A DNA stretch of 64,000 nucleotides from contig JBBRSB010000020.1 in NCBI GenBank assembly GCA_038245785.1, positions 21,485 through 85,484 of the forward strand. The letters are read 5' to 3'. The notes below the pieces were generated by a model. That model was not told the DNA's origin. It ran no database searches and saw only the letters and a list, made by a program, of their open reading frames with translations. A program made the translations under genes and the position numbers. Positions 54,615 through 64,000 of the stretch are shown in pieces. Source of the stretch: Gloeobacterales cyanobacterium. Its GTDB lineage: Bacteria; Cyanobacteriota; Cyanobacteriia; Gloeobacterales; PMM-0068. The number at the start of each line of letters is the position of its first letter. The stretch's first letter is position 1.

Positions 54615-56552
54615 TCATTTGAAAAGTCCGCTTAAGTTCTCGTCGGAGCGGTTTCGCTCAGTGATGGAGACTCCTTCTAGGATGCCAGAGTTAGCAAAAC
54701 CATCTATTCGCGCGGGCTCTTTCCAAGCCCCTGCATTAGTAAAAATTCGATTGATCTGATTGCGAATAAAGTAAATCTCAGCAGTTACACCATTAGCCAG
54801 CGTAATGCCTCCCCAGTTTGGATAACGAGTACTTGTCGTGAGTGCTATATTATCTTGAATCATCAATTTTCCGAGGTTTTGACCTGCGAGAATAATTCCG
54901 GCACCTTCCATATTTTCAATTTTATTGCCTTCTACTCTATGACTTCCAGCTTGTGAATTCGCTGCTTTACTTCTAGTAAGATCTATACCGTGTGTGCAAT
55001 TCTTAATGGTATTCCTAAGAATCTTCCAATCAATAGCATCAATTGTTAGAATTCCAGTGTTTGTACATTCCTGGTCAGAGCGTTGGCCATCAATATAATT
55101 ATCACTTATTTCTACATTAGAAGAGGGAACATAAGTCTTCTCTCCATATTCTAAAAAAACTGAGATTGCATTAGTAGGATTTCCAAGGATTCGATTGGAA
55201 GAGACTTTAGTGTTTTTGGCTCCCCAAAGATCAAAGCCGATACCACAATCTTTCATGGAGTTATTGTAAATTACGGCTCTATCAACCTCAATTAAATTTA
55301 TTCCATCGCTACAGTATTCAAATGTGTTATTTTCAACATTCAAGTCTTGACAGGAGTGAAAGATAGCGGGTTCAGCTAAATGTTCAAAAGCTTTGCCGTG
55401 GTAGCCAGAATAATTATTCTTGAACAATACCTGGCTCCCTTCAGCAAAGTAGCAACCAGAATCTACCGAATTACTAAATTTATTGCCCTCAATTCGGAGG
55501 TTCGTACAACCTTTGATATCGAGCAGAGCTGCTGATGACCAGTCCCCGGTCACTCGGTTATTGATTTTATTCCCATCAAACGTCATGCTTTCCACTGTGA
55601 TATCTTTGGAAGCTCCTGTCCGCTTGCCACTCTGGTCATAGTGCACATCTAATCGATTACACAGAATTCCATTGCCATTCCAGTGGTCTCCGTCTAATAC
55701 TAAATGCTGTCGTTTGAGAGTGGCACCCTGCCCGTAGACTCTTAAGTTGGAACCACCGTCAAGACGTTTAACTAGATAGGTTCCTTGTGGGAGAAACAAA
55801 TTACCGCCACCTTCGTTATTTAGGAAGCTTAAAGCTTTCTGAATTGCTGCCGTGTCGTCATGGACTACTAAGGCTTGTTTGTTTGTACGCTGGGCCAGAG
55901 TATCAAGGGCAATAGTAGTGGGAGTAACCGCAGTGATAGTAGTCAGGAGAAAACCTGGTTGGGATGTAGTTGGAGGGGTGTTGGAGATTCCCTTTGCCTC
56001 AATGGTCTTGATGTCCCCTGTATCCCGTATCGATTGATAGTTTCCTGTGACATGGAATAACCGAAGTGGATTATCGCCTTCTGCTCGGTAGAGAGCAATA
56101 GCAGACGTGCCTTCGGGAGTAGGATAGGCGATCTGAATCCCGTTGTTACCCTTGAGGTCTGCTCCACCAGAAAATGCGGCAACAGGACTGGCAGCAGTAC
56201 AGGCACCTTGTTCATCTAAGTAGGCTAGGGCGTATCGGTAGACAACCTCCCCTGGTTTTCCCTCAAGCCTGGGAGCTGGTGGAGTCGATAGGGCTGTTTC
56301 GTGACCAACGCCAAAAATGTTAACGCCTTGCCCCACCTTAAAGTCATGCGGGCCTAGGGTAAGGATAGAGTCGCCTGCAGTCCATAGGCCGATAAATTCC
56401 GTATCCAATCCTGAAGCATTAAAATCACGAACATTAAAGGTTCTAAGGTCATTTCCCAAAGTTTTAGAAGAAAGTAAAACCGCTAGTCCCACACCTCCGG
56501 ACGCCTTTAGAAATAGTCTACGGGTTTGTTTGTACCATCTATTAGTAGTCAT
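54615..56552 (-). CDS. Tat-exported right-handed beta-helix (pectate-lyase-like) protein
   Basis: TRRLFL Tat motif, FNVRDF, DDTAAIQKAL..LPQGTY, Asn ladders. Confidence 0.8.
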   Translation of the reverse strand: MTTNRWYKQTRRLFLKASGGVGLAVLLSSKTLGNDLRTFNVRDFNASGLDTEFIGLWTAGDSILTLGPHDFKVGQGVNIFGVGHETALSTPPAPRLEGKPGEVVYRYALAYLDEQGACTAASPVAAFSGGADLKGNNGIQIAYPTPEGTSAIALYRAEGDNPLRLFHVTGNYQSIRDTGDIKTIEAKGISNTPPTTSQPGFLLTTITAVTPTTIALDTLAQRTNKQALVVHDDTAAIQKALSFLNNEGGGNLFLPQGTYLVKRLDGGSNLRVYGQGATLKRQHLVLDGDHWNGNGILCNRLDVHYDQSGKRTGASKDITVESMTFDGNKINNRVTGDWSSAALLDIKGCTNLRIEGNKFSNSVDSGCYFAEGSQVLFKNNYSGYHGKAFEHLAEPAIFHSCQDLNVENNTFEYCSDGINLIEVDRAVIYNNSMKDCGIGFDLWGAKNTKVSSNRILGNPTNAISVFLEYGEKTYVPSSNVEISDNYIDGQRSDQECTNTGILTIDAIDWKILRNTIKNCTHGIDLTRSKAANSQAGSHRVEGNKIENMEGAGIILAGQNLGKLMIQDNIALTTSTRYPNWGGITLANGVTAEIYFIRNQINRIFTNAGAWKEPARIDGFANSGILEGVSITERNRSDENLSGLFK

Positions 56553-57627
56553 AGAGAGAACGTCCGGTAAGAGCCTTTAGCTTATTCGTTATCCGGGGCA
56601 TAGTCATTCCCCAATCAATCCAAGACAACAAGATTAAGTTTACCAATTTATTTAGAAGTAAATGCTGGATGGCAGGACTACGGCTAAGGAACTGGAGAAT
56701 CTTGCTGTGCGGAGTAAAAGAGGGAGAAAGGCTGGTAAAAGTTTTTTTGAGCATGGCTCTGGCCCTATTATCGTACGTATGACACTCGCGCACTAGGGCT
56801 GAAGCAGCTTTTCCTAACTCGTGCAATCGATTCGGATCTGATAGCAAGAAATGAATTTTGTCTGGAATTTCATGACTAACGTCGTATCCCCAAAAGTGTT
56901 TATTCTCCTCAAAAAATTCATCAAGCCCATCCACGCGATCGGTCAAAAGAGCACTTCCGGAGCACATTCCTTCAAAAATGCGCATGTTTAAGTCATGGCG
57001 AATACTCATATTGAAGATGAGCTTGGACTGTGCGTAGATTTTTGCCATGTCCTTATAATCTGCTGTGGAAATATATGAGCTAGGGAAAAGTTTTTTTAGG
57101 TTGAGTAAGGTCTTTTTTCGCTCACCAAAGCCCGGTTTCCCGACAAAACCAATATCATAAGTTTTGGACAGGGGTGGTCCTCCATGAATCTCTGGATCAC
57201 AGGCAAGCGGTAACCAGTAAACGTTTTTGAATCCTAGTTTTTTTAGATGAAAAACTCCATCTCTCTGGGCGCAAAAAATGATATCAAAATTAAGCGCCAT
57301 GATCCAGTCAAATGAAAGTGTTAAATGAGTATCAACTAACCAGCAAATTGCTGGTCGGAGATGTTCTGGAAAAATGTAGTGGGAAGAATCGTCTACAACG
57401 ATATAAAGAGAAAAATTATTGGGTACATCATCAAGCTCATGGGGATTGAATAGCGTGACCGGGCACAACCGCTCCAAGGCATTTTTAAGATAGAATGCCG
57501 TATTTGTGGTGGTTGGTTCATAAATCAAGGCAATCTTTTTTCCTAAGAGAAGATTATCTATCGAAGAACGATCATCTAATAATGGCTTTATCTCTACTTT
57601 AGAAAGAACTTCTTTTCCCATAATCAT
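56542..57627 (-). CDS. Glycosyltransferase (CgeB-like, GT-B)
   Basis: WLPLACDP, DLNMRIFE and HTYDNRA motifs. Confidence 0.85.
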   Translation of the reverse strand: MIMGKEVLSKVEIKPLLDDRSSIDNLLLGKKIALIYEPTTTNTAFYLKNALERLCPVTLFNPHELDDVPNNFSLYIVVDDSSHYIFPEHLRPAICWLVDTHLTLSFDWIMALNFDIIFCAQRDGVFHLKKLGFKNVYWLPLACDPEIHGGPPLSKTYDIGFVGKPGFGERKKTLLNLKKLFPSSYISTADYKDMAKIYAQSKLIFNMSIRHDLNMRIFEGMCSGSALLTDRVDGLDEFFEENKHFWGYDVSHEIPDKIHFLLSDPNRLHELGKAASALVRECHTYDNRARAMLKKTFTSLSPSFTPHSKILQFLSRSPAIQHLLLNKLVNLILLSWIDWGMTMPRITNKLKALTGRSLYDY

Positions 57628-58868
57628 TTTCCCTTTTCTAGTAAAATAGAAGATATTTGAAGAAGGCTAAAGAAGACCATTAATTCCACAGCTAAAATCA
57701 AGTAAGCCATCCCTATAGAACCAAATTGATAGGTTATTGGAAAAGACAATAATAAAAATGCAATGGCTACTTTAAGATATAAATTTTGAGTTTGCGCATA
57801 TAGCTTCATAGCAAGAACGGACGAATTCAAGAGAACATTTATAATGATTAAGGATGTAGTAAAAGAGAATATTTGCATCAGCATAATTAGATTATAAGAA
57901 CTATCACCTGCCAACAAATTGACAATTTTTTCGGAAAACATAAAAGAAATTGAACCAAATAAAATCGCTATGGACAGACCTAATATCGAGAGTAGCCGTT
58001 GGCTCTTATGGTAACTATCCTGGCTACTCTCAAACTGTCTTGCTAGATATGGATATAGACCTTGGGCAATGGGTTGTACTAGGCCAACAATCGCGCTCGA
58101 AATTTTTTGAACTATGGCATAGTAGCCTGCAACTGTTTGTCCAGCTACCAACCCCACAATCACTACAGGACCGTGAACATAGATACTTCCTGAAAGACTT
58201 GATAGAAATACTTGGTTACTTTCCTTAGCAGCTAATTTTAAAACATTCCAATCCTTTGGCCACCGTGGCTTAACCAGCATTTGTTTCCATAGGATTCCCA
58301 TACTCAAAACACTAGCTAGGAGGAAGGTTCCTGACTGCAGCCCAGCAGCAATTAGATAGTCATTGCTACTCTGCGTAAATACAAAGATCAGGCCTGTCAT
58401 AATGCCTCTTGCAAGCAGATTAATAAAGGTAATATATTTCATCTGTTCAAGGCCTTGAAAAAACCAAATCGGAAAGAGCACATTACCTATTACTGCAAGA
58501 AAGGAAAATATATAAATCTCCCACTCTTGCTGAAAGTATGGAACAGTAAAAATAATGACGGCATAGATGATGGCGCTCATGAGCAATAACATAAGCTTTA
58601 TGAGCATTACTGTACTGAATATCATTGAACACTTTTCAAAATCTTCTCGATGGATCGCAACTTCACGGGTCGCACTCATATTAAAGCCATAGTCGGTCAA
58701 GATAATAAAATATTGAACAAATGCTTGAGCAAAAGCTAAAAGCCCAAACTTTTCAGGCCCAAGCACACGAATTAAGTAGGGAAAAGTAATTAGAGGAAAA
58801 AGGTAAATTATACCCTGCAAAACAAATAATGATGTAATATTCTCAACTAAGCGTTTTTTGATTGACAT
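57624..58868 (-). CDS. wzx: Flippase Wzx
   Basis: PLITFPYLIRVLGPEKFG, DYGFN and WFFQGLEQM motifs; about 12 TM segments. Confidence 0.92.
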   Translation of the reverse strand: MSIKKRLVENITSLFVLQGIIYLFPLITFPYLIRVLGPEKFGLLAFAQAFVQYFIILTDYGFNMSATREVAIHREDFEKCSMIFSTVMLIKLMLLLMSAIIYAVIIFTVPYFQQEWEIYIFSFLAVIGNVLFPIWFFQGLEQMKYITFINLLARGIMTGLIFVFTQSSNDYLIAAGLQSGTFLLASVLSMGILWKQMLVKPRWPKDWNVLKLAAKESNQVFLSSLSGSIYVHGPVVIVGLVAGQTVAGYYAIVQKISSAIVGLVQPIAQGLYPYLARQFESSQDSYHKSQRLLSILGLSIAILFGSISFMFSEKIVNLLAGDSSYNLIMLMQIFSFTTSLIIINVLLNSSVLAMKLYAQTQNLYLKVAIAFLLLSFPITYQFGSIGMAYLILAVELMVFFSLLQISSILLEKGK

Positions 58869-58933
58869 GAGTAAAAGTACATAGTTTTCTGTTTAGAAAT
58901 TTGACAACATGAAATCCATTATGTTTAGGTTAG

Positions 58934-60370
58934 CTAATAGGCTCCCTCTTTAGACAAGATAACTTTAAAGGTTTGCGCTAAAAGATAGACATCAAGACTG
59001 ACAGACCAGTTGCGAACATAGTAATTGTCCATAGATAGGCGTTCTTCAAAAGTCACTGTGCTACGACCACTGGTTTGCCAAATACCTGTCACTCCAGGTG
59101 GCACTCGTAAGATAAGATCTTCCGCGCCCTTCATTTGAGTAACCTGACTCTTGAGATAAGGTCTGGGGCCTACTAAACTCATGTCTCCTCTCAAGACGTT
59201 CCACAACTGAGGTAATTCATCAAGGCTGAACTTGCGTACCCATTTACCTGCGCGGGTAATTCTAGGGTCATTTTGTATCTTGCCGTAGGTTTTAAATTCC
59301 TCCCTTAACTCTGGGGAGAGTTTATTAAATCTCTCTTCTGCATCCACATACATCGTTCTGAATTTCAAAATTTTGAAGATCTTCCCCCCTATTCCTGGCC
59401 TCTCCTGGACAAAAAGAATCGGTCCAGGAGAGTCTAGCCGAATCAAAAGAGCAACGATAGTAATAGGAATTACGAATATTGCCCCTGCGATTAGTGCAAG
59501 CATCAAGTCCAAAAAACGTTTGGTCATTAAAGAACTAGGAAAAAGGAGTCTTTGCCGTACTTCAAAGCCCAGAAAGCCGTCCAAATCCTTAGCTACCACC
59601 CATAGACTAGAAAAGTCAAAAAGGTCTGGAATAACGAGGAGATCCGGAAAAATTTGTCCATGATGCTCAAGTAGCTTTGAGAGTTTTTCTCGGGGCATAC
59701 CTGGCATCGCAACAATGGCGTAGTGAATACTGTACTTCGCAGACAGCGCAGCAGCAGATGCAACATCACTCATTAAGGATAAACGGATAGGAAATGTTTC
59801 CAGGGCTTTGGGGTCATCATCTAAGATAGCTACAGGCTTAAGACCAAGTTCTGGCTTGCGTCTTAGAATTTTGATTATTTTTTCTCCAATTTCGCCTGCT
59901 CCTAAAATCATGACGGGGTGACCCCACCAGTCTTTTGTTGCACATAGAGAACGAACAACCGCACGGCTTAGCGGGAGCAATACCAGAGAACAAAGCCATG
60001 AAAGAAGAAATGCTCCTCGAGAATAGGTTTCTGCTTCCTGAAAGAGAAAGCTTGTAGCCCCTAAGGCTAAATAAATCAAGGTTGTCGCTCGACTAAGTTG
60101 GAGCAGTTCATCCGGTCCAGAAAGTGCGATTCCGGGATAGAGCCCCTTGAGGGCATAGGCAAGAACAAAAGGGACAAGTGCAGGCGAAAGCCGCCAGTAA
60201 AGACCAGCATCAAGCTCTGGATTCAGTAAATGACTGGCATAAAATCCAAGACTGCCTGAAAAGCACAAGGCCAATATATCTGCAGTCAGCAGCAGGGCTA
60301 CCATAAGCCAGTAAGCCCGGAATACTGTCCCCACGGGCTCTATCTGCTTTGGTAATGTCGTAATTGTCAT
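58934..60370 (-). CDS. wbaP: Undecaprenyl-phosphate sugar phosphotransferase (WbaP-like)
   Basis: KRFLD, KFRTM, DPRIT, SLDELPQLWNV, PGVTGIWQ motifs; ATG at 60370. Confidence 0.9.
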   Translation of the reverse strand: MTITTLPKQIEPVGTVFRAYWLMVALLLTADILALCFSGSLGFYASHLLNPELDAGLYWRLSPALVPFVLAYALKGLYPGIALSGPDELLQLSRATTLIYLALGATSFLFQEAETYSRGAFLLSWLCSLVLLPLSRAVVRSLCATKDWWGHPVMILGAGEIGEKIIKILRRKPELGLKPVAILDDDPKALETFPIRLSLMSDVASAAALSAKYSIHYAIVAMPGMPREKLSKLLEHHGQIFPDLLVIPDLFDFSSLWVVAKDLDGFLGFEVRQRLLFPSSLMTKRFLDLMLALIAGAIFVIPITIVALLIRLDSPGPILFVQERPGIGGKIFKILKFRTMYVDAEERFNKLSPELREEFKTYGKIQNDPRITRAGKWVRKFSLDELPQLWNVLRGDMSLVGPRPYLKSQVTQMKGAEDLILRVPPGVTGIWQTSGRSTVTFEERLSMDNYYVRNWSVSLDVYLLAQTFKVILSKEGAY

Positions 60371-60989
60371 AAATCGACCCTTTAAATGCAATTGCAAGGA
60401 AAATAGAGCCCCTTCGAACAGGGCCAGGCCATGAAAAGTCTGCCCTTTCATAGGCTATACAAGGCACCTGTGTACTCTTTGACTGGATGCGCTTTGTAAG
60501 ATTTTTCTGAAATTTGCTAGGGAGCATCGTAACCATTGAGAAGCTGGTTTCGCAGACATGCACACGATCTCTACTCTTTGGCCTCTTCTCTATTGAAAAG
60601 GTTGCGCGAGATAGACTGAGATCAAAAAACCATCAAGTCCGCTCCCACAGTGTCAGATTAGGACACTGTAACTATTATTCTGAAAATATTTGCAACTGCG
60701 AAAACTGTAGCATGTCCAAGTTGAGAAAGGGCGTATAGGAAGCTACTTCACTCAGTGGATAGACCATAAAAGACAGTATTATTCAAGCTAGAACTCTTGC
60801 TAAGCAGGGCCTTGAGAGTAGTGCAACTTGCATGAATTTAGTCCTTTTACTTGCAGCTGAAACCTCTCCGATTTTGGGGTGCCCTATATATAGCTGAAGA
60901 ACTTTGAGCATTTCAAATATAGACTAGTGCTATTTTTGGTATCCTTAGACACATGGCACCAACGGGTTATGTTTCCTAGGGCCATAAAA

Positions 60990-61940
60990 ATGTATTCAAT
61001 GAATAGCTTACCCCCGTCAATGGCCTCTATCTATCAGAGTTTGGATCCTGAGCGTTGTACGCTGATTCAGCACAAGACCAAGGAAATCCAAAAGCGAGTC
61101 CGTCGAGCCAAACAGGACATTATCGATATAGGGCGTTTGTTGGTGGAGGTTCGTTCTGTTTTAGAGCATGGTCAGTTTGAAACTTGGTTGCTGCAAGAGA
61201 TTGCTTGGAGCCCCAGGACCGCCTATAACTTCATCTATGTTCATGAACGATTTGGAAAAGTCGCAAATTTTGCAAAAATGGATATGGATATTTCCGCAGC
61301 CTATCTATTGGCAGCCCCGAAAACTTCGCAGGTGGTTGTAGATAAATTTTTAAGCCGAGCACGGGCTGGTGAGCGGATTACGTTCAAAACAGTTCGCAAA
61401 GAGCTGAAGGAAGAAAAAATCACTGCCAAACCCAAAGCAGGAGGAATATTACTGAGCGCTTCTAAGCAGGCTGATGTCGGGCTACAGATTATAGACGTAG
61501 AAGCTCGAGAGCGAACACAGCCTCTTACTTTAACGTTGATCCCCGAAGAGACTATCCAGCCTGGTTGGTACCTCTTAGGAAACACCCACCTTGTTTTTTG
61601 TGGTGATACAGCAGTCTCTCAATTTTACGAACATGTCCCCCATGCAGTATTGGCGCTAGCTTTCACCTCTAATGATTGGGCGCACGATTGGCTGATTACC
61701 CACTCTACTTCTGTAATCATTCTTCCAGAGTCTAAACTCACAGAAAACTTGCTTGAGCAGATGCTTCTTACTTTCTCCGCCCCCGGACAAGTTGTAATAT
61801 TTCCATGGTTGCCTCATGAAAATATGTTGGCTATAGCCCATAAACTTCAGCGACACATTTATGCTGGCGATCTTGATCCTGAGAGATGTTACAAGGCTAT
61901 CTACGCTGTGGGTATAGAAGTAACAAAAGCAAACCTGTAA
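60990..61940 (+). CDS. DUF3102 domain protein with a degenerate methyltransferase-like C-terminus
   Basis: IGRLLVEVRSVLEHGQFETWL..SPRTAYNFI DUF3102 motif; start uncertain. Confidence 0.8.
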   Translation: MYSMNSLPPSMASIYQSLDPERCTLIQHKTKEIQKRVRRAKQDIIDIGRLLVEVRSVLEHGQFETWLLQEIAWSPRTAYNFIYVHERFGKVANFAKMDMDISAAYLLAAPKTSQVVVDKFLSRARAGERITFKTVRKELKEEKITAKPKAGGILLSASKQADVGLQIIDVEARERTQPLTLTLIPEETIQPGWYLLGNTHLVFCGDTAVSQFYEHVPHAVLALAFTSNDWAHDWLITHSTSVIILPESKLTENLLEQMLLTFSAPGQVVIFPWLPHENMLAIAHKLQRHIYAGDLDPERCYKAIYAVGIEVTKANL

Positions 61941-61955
61941 GACTTGAAATAGGCA

Positions 61956-62960
61956 TTATAGGGTTCTAGGGTTCCAAGGCCACAGGCGTACTCCTTCGGA
62001 ATTAGGCTTGTTCGACATTATATCTCCGGCTGCTGTGGCAATCAGGTTTCCCCTTGGACTAAAAATTGCAATATTGACTACATCATTGTGTACAAAATGC
62101 GCCAACTCTTGAGAACTCTGTATATCCCAGACTCTGGCCGTATGGTCATCACTAGTTGTCACGATACACGCGCCTTTAGGACAAAACTTAACGCTATTGA
62201 CGGCCTTTTGATGAGACATCTGAGCTATTTCCAAACCTTCTGGTAGCTGCCATACCTGGACGGTACCACCTGGATTTATGGTCGCTAGATACTTCCCATT
62301 CGAACTCAAAGCTATTTCTTTGATCGGGGCTTTTCCTCTCATACAACTAATGACTAGATCTCCTGGGACTTCCGGTGTGCTATTTATCTGACTTTTCTGC
62401 ATACTAATTATATTTTCCAATAGATTCCCAGAACGTAGCTGAACTTTATTTTCATCCGCTAGTGCAAAGTATTTTCCCTGGGCCTCTAAAGAAATAGTCT
62501 CGATCCCAGCACGATTCATAAGCTGTACTATTTTATTGCCTGTGCGGACGTCCCAAACTGTTACTTTACCTGTTGCGTGATTTCCATCAGGGAATATTCT
62601 GCTGCCTGTTAGCGTTACAATATATGATCCTTGATCGCTAAAACTAACATGGCGAACACTTTCACTATGCGGTAGACACGCCACTCTCCTTCCGGTCATT
62701 GCCTGCCATATTTGAGCAGTACCATCTTCACTTGCTGTGGCTATATATTGCCCATCTAAACTAAACGAAATTGCTGTAATAATATCTTCATGGCTTACAC
62801 TACAGACTTGTACACCTGTTTTTACTTGCCATATTCTAGCTACGCTATCTAAACCAGCTGCAGCTAGATATTGTCCATTTGGACTAAAAGCCAACGCAAC
62901 TATTATAGACTCATCAGTGCTCCAGGAGCATTTTATCCTGTCCCACATTTCAATCATCAT
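61956..62960 (-). CDS. WD40 repeat protein
   Basis: Repeated FSP.G.YLATAS.D.TA.IW units. Confidence 0.88.
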   Translation of the reverse strand: MMIEMWDRIKCSWSTDESIIVALAFSPNGQYLAAAGLDSVARIWQVKTGVQVCSVSHEDIITAISFSLDGQYIATASEDGTAQIWQAMTGRRVACLPHSESVRHVSFSDQGSYIVTLTGSRIFPDGNHATGKVTVWDVRTGNKIVQLMNRAGIETISLEAQGKYFALADENKVQLRSGNLLENIISMQKSQINSTPEVPGDLVISCMRGKAPIKEIALSSNGKYLATINPGGTVQVWQLPEGLEIAQMSHQKAVNSVKFCPKGACIVTTSDDHTARVWDIQSSQELAHFVHNDVVNIAIFSPRGNLIATAAGDIMSNKPNSEGVRLWPWNPRTL

Positions 62961-63379
62961 AAAATAGTTTTATCCTAGAGCAAAGTATTTCACTAAAAAT
63001 GAGAGCTTGTTTTAGAAAAAATCTAGTAGATAAGCTCTTTGAACTGAGAAGAACAGAAATTGAAAGTTGTGTAGAGAATCGGACAATTCACTAAGTTTTC
63101 TTCTTTTACGTAATGGAAGTAGTATTTGAGAAAAGACATGCACTAGAGAAAGTTATTGTAGCCTTTGAATTCACAAATAATGCGAATTATTAGGTGTACG
63201 TGAATATATTTTTGGACGAAATTAGTTTATTTTAAGAAGCATTTATTCTTGATAGCGCTCCTATACGAGGGCATTGTCAACTAAACGCCCAAGTTTCCAC
63301 TACATAGTAGGTACCGCTGATACTCATTACAACCTCAAGTAAAGAAATACTGACCGTACGTACGGAAGGCATCTTTTTT

Positions 63380-63535
63380 ATGAATACTTCTCATCATAAA
63401 GTTTTAAGGCACTTTGGTGCTTCCGCTATATTCAGTTTTAGTTTTGTTCTGCTTAGTCCTGAGGTCCACGCGCAGCTTAGTGAAGATACCACCAGGGTGC
63501 AGGCTTCTGTGCTCACTGAAGATTCTAAGAATTAA
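63380..63535 (+). CDS. Short ORF with signal peptide, possibly a truncated secreted-protein gene
   Basis: MNTSHHKVLRHFGASAIFSFSFVLLSPEVHAQ...KN; the stop lies about 12 nt before the IS630 end. Confidence 0.35.
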   Translation: MNTSHHKVLRHFGASAIFSFSFVLLSPEVHAQLSEDTTRVQASVLTEDSKN

Positions 63536-63546
63536 CCAATAGATAC

Positions 63547-64000
63547 TATAGCTATCCTAAATGATGCATGAAGCCAATTTCATAGGTAGCAGGTTATAAC
63601 TTACCAATTGCATTACTCCTAAAAGATGAAAGACTTACTCCAGTTCATTCAAAGTAATCTCGACTCCAGAGAGTGAAACGAGCCTTAGCAGTCAAGCTTG
63701 TTTTTGAAAACTATCCCTATGACCAAATACGCAAGATACTAAATGTGTCGTTAGGGTTTATCACAAAGTGGAAGCAAGCTTTTATTGTGGATGGAGTGGA
63801 TGGCTTAAAGTTGGGGCATAAGGGTTCAGAGCCTTATTTGACAGCAGAGCAAAGGCAAGACACTATTTCTTGGCTAAAGACTAAGAATTACTGGGATTTA
63901 GAGGAATTAGAGGCCCATATTGAAGACGAGTACAACGTAATTTTTAAATCGAAGCAGAGCTACTATGAACTATTCAAAGAGGCAGATATAAGCTGGAAAA
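63547..64000 (+). mobile_element. IS630-family element, left end and frameshifted transposase N-terminus; runs off the window
   Basis: TATAGCTATCCTAAAT terminus. ATG 63626 gives MKDLLQFIQSNLDSRE, then a frame break near 63673 into KRALAVKL..VSLGFITKWK..FKSKQSYYELF..ISWK. Confidence 0.8.

Overview
Cyanobacterial chromosome window. Gene content and the scarcity of HIP1 octamers suggest an early-branching, Gloeobacterales-like lineage (inference). 0.2-12.4 kb: a type III-B (III-Bv-like) CRISPR-Cas locus. It has cas10-cmr3-cmr4-cmr5-[cmr6/cmr1 fusion] on the minus strand and divergent csx18-cas1-cas2 on the plus strand, followed by a small membrane ORF, a leader and an array of 28 full repeats plus 1 truncated repeat (36-nt ATTGCTTCCCTTCGGGGAAGTTGAACTAATGGAAAC). 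No cas6 and no CARF/SAVED effector is visible. 12.4-22 kb: an accessory mosaic (higBA, DUF4160/DUF2442, Uma2, AbiE remnant, Ate/Bpt transferase, hicAB, phoX, IS605 end, carbonic anhydrase, tyrosine phenol-lyase). Six further whole or partial CRISPR-repeat copies lie outside the array, all in array orientation: 9373 upstream and 13048, 13109, 14211, 18732, 22016 within the mosaic. The last array repeat appears split by higBA. The sequences directly after two solitary repeats match the cas10/csx18 intergenic region for 9-10 nt, a candidate crRNA-like autoregulatory system. 22-39.5 kb: housekeeping and secreted-protein genes. 39.5-60.4 kb: a Wzx/Wzy polysaccharide cluster with a wbpABEDI-like pathway and an ArnT-like lipid-linked decoration module. 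The window ends with DUF3102, WD40 and an IS630 fragment.
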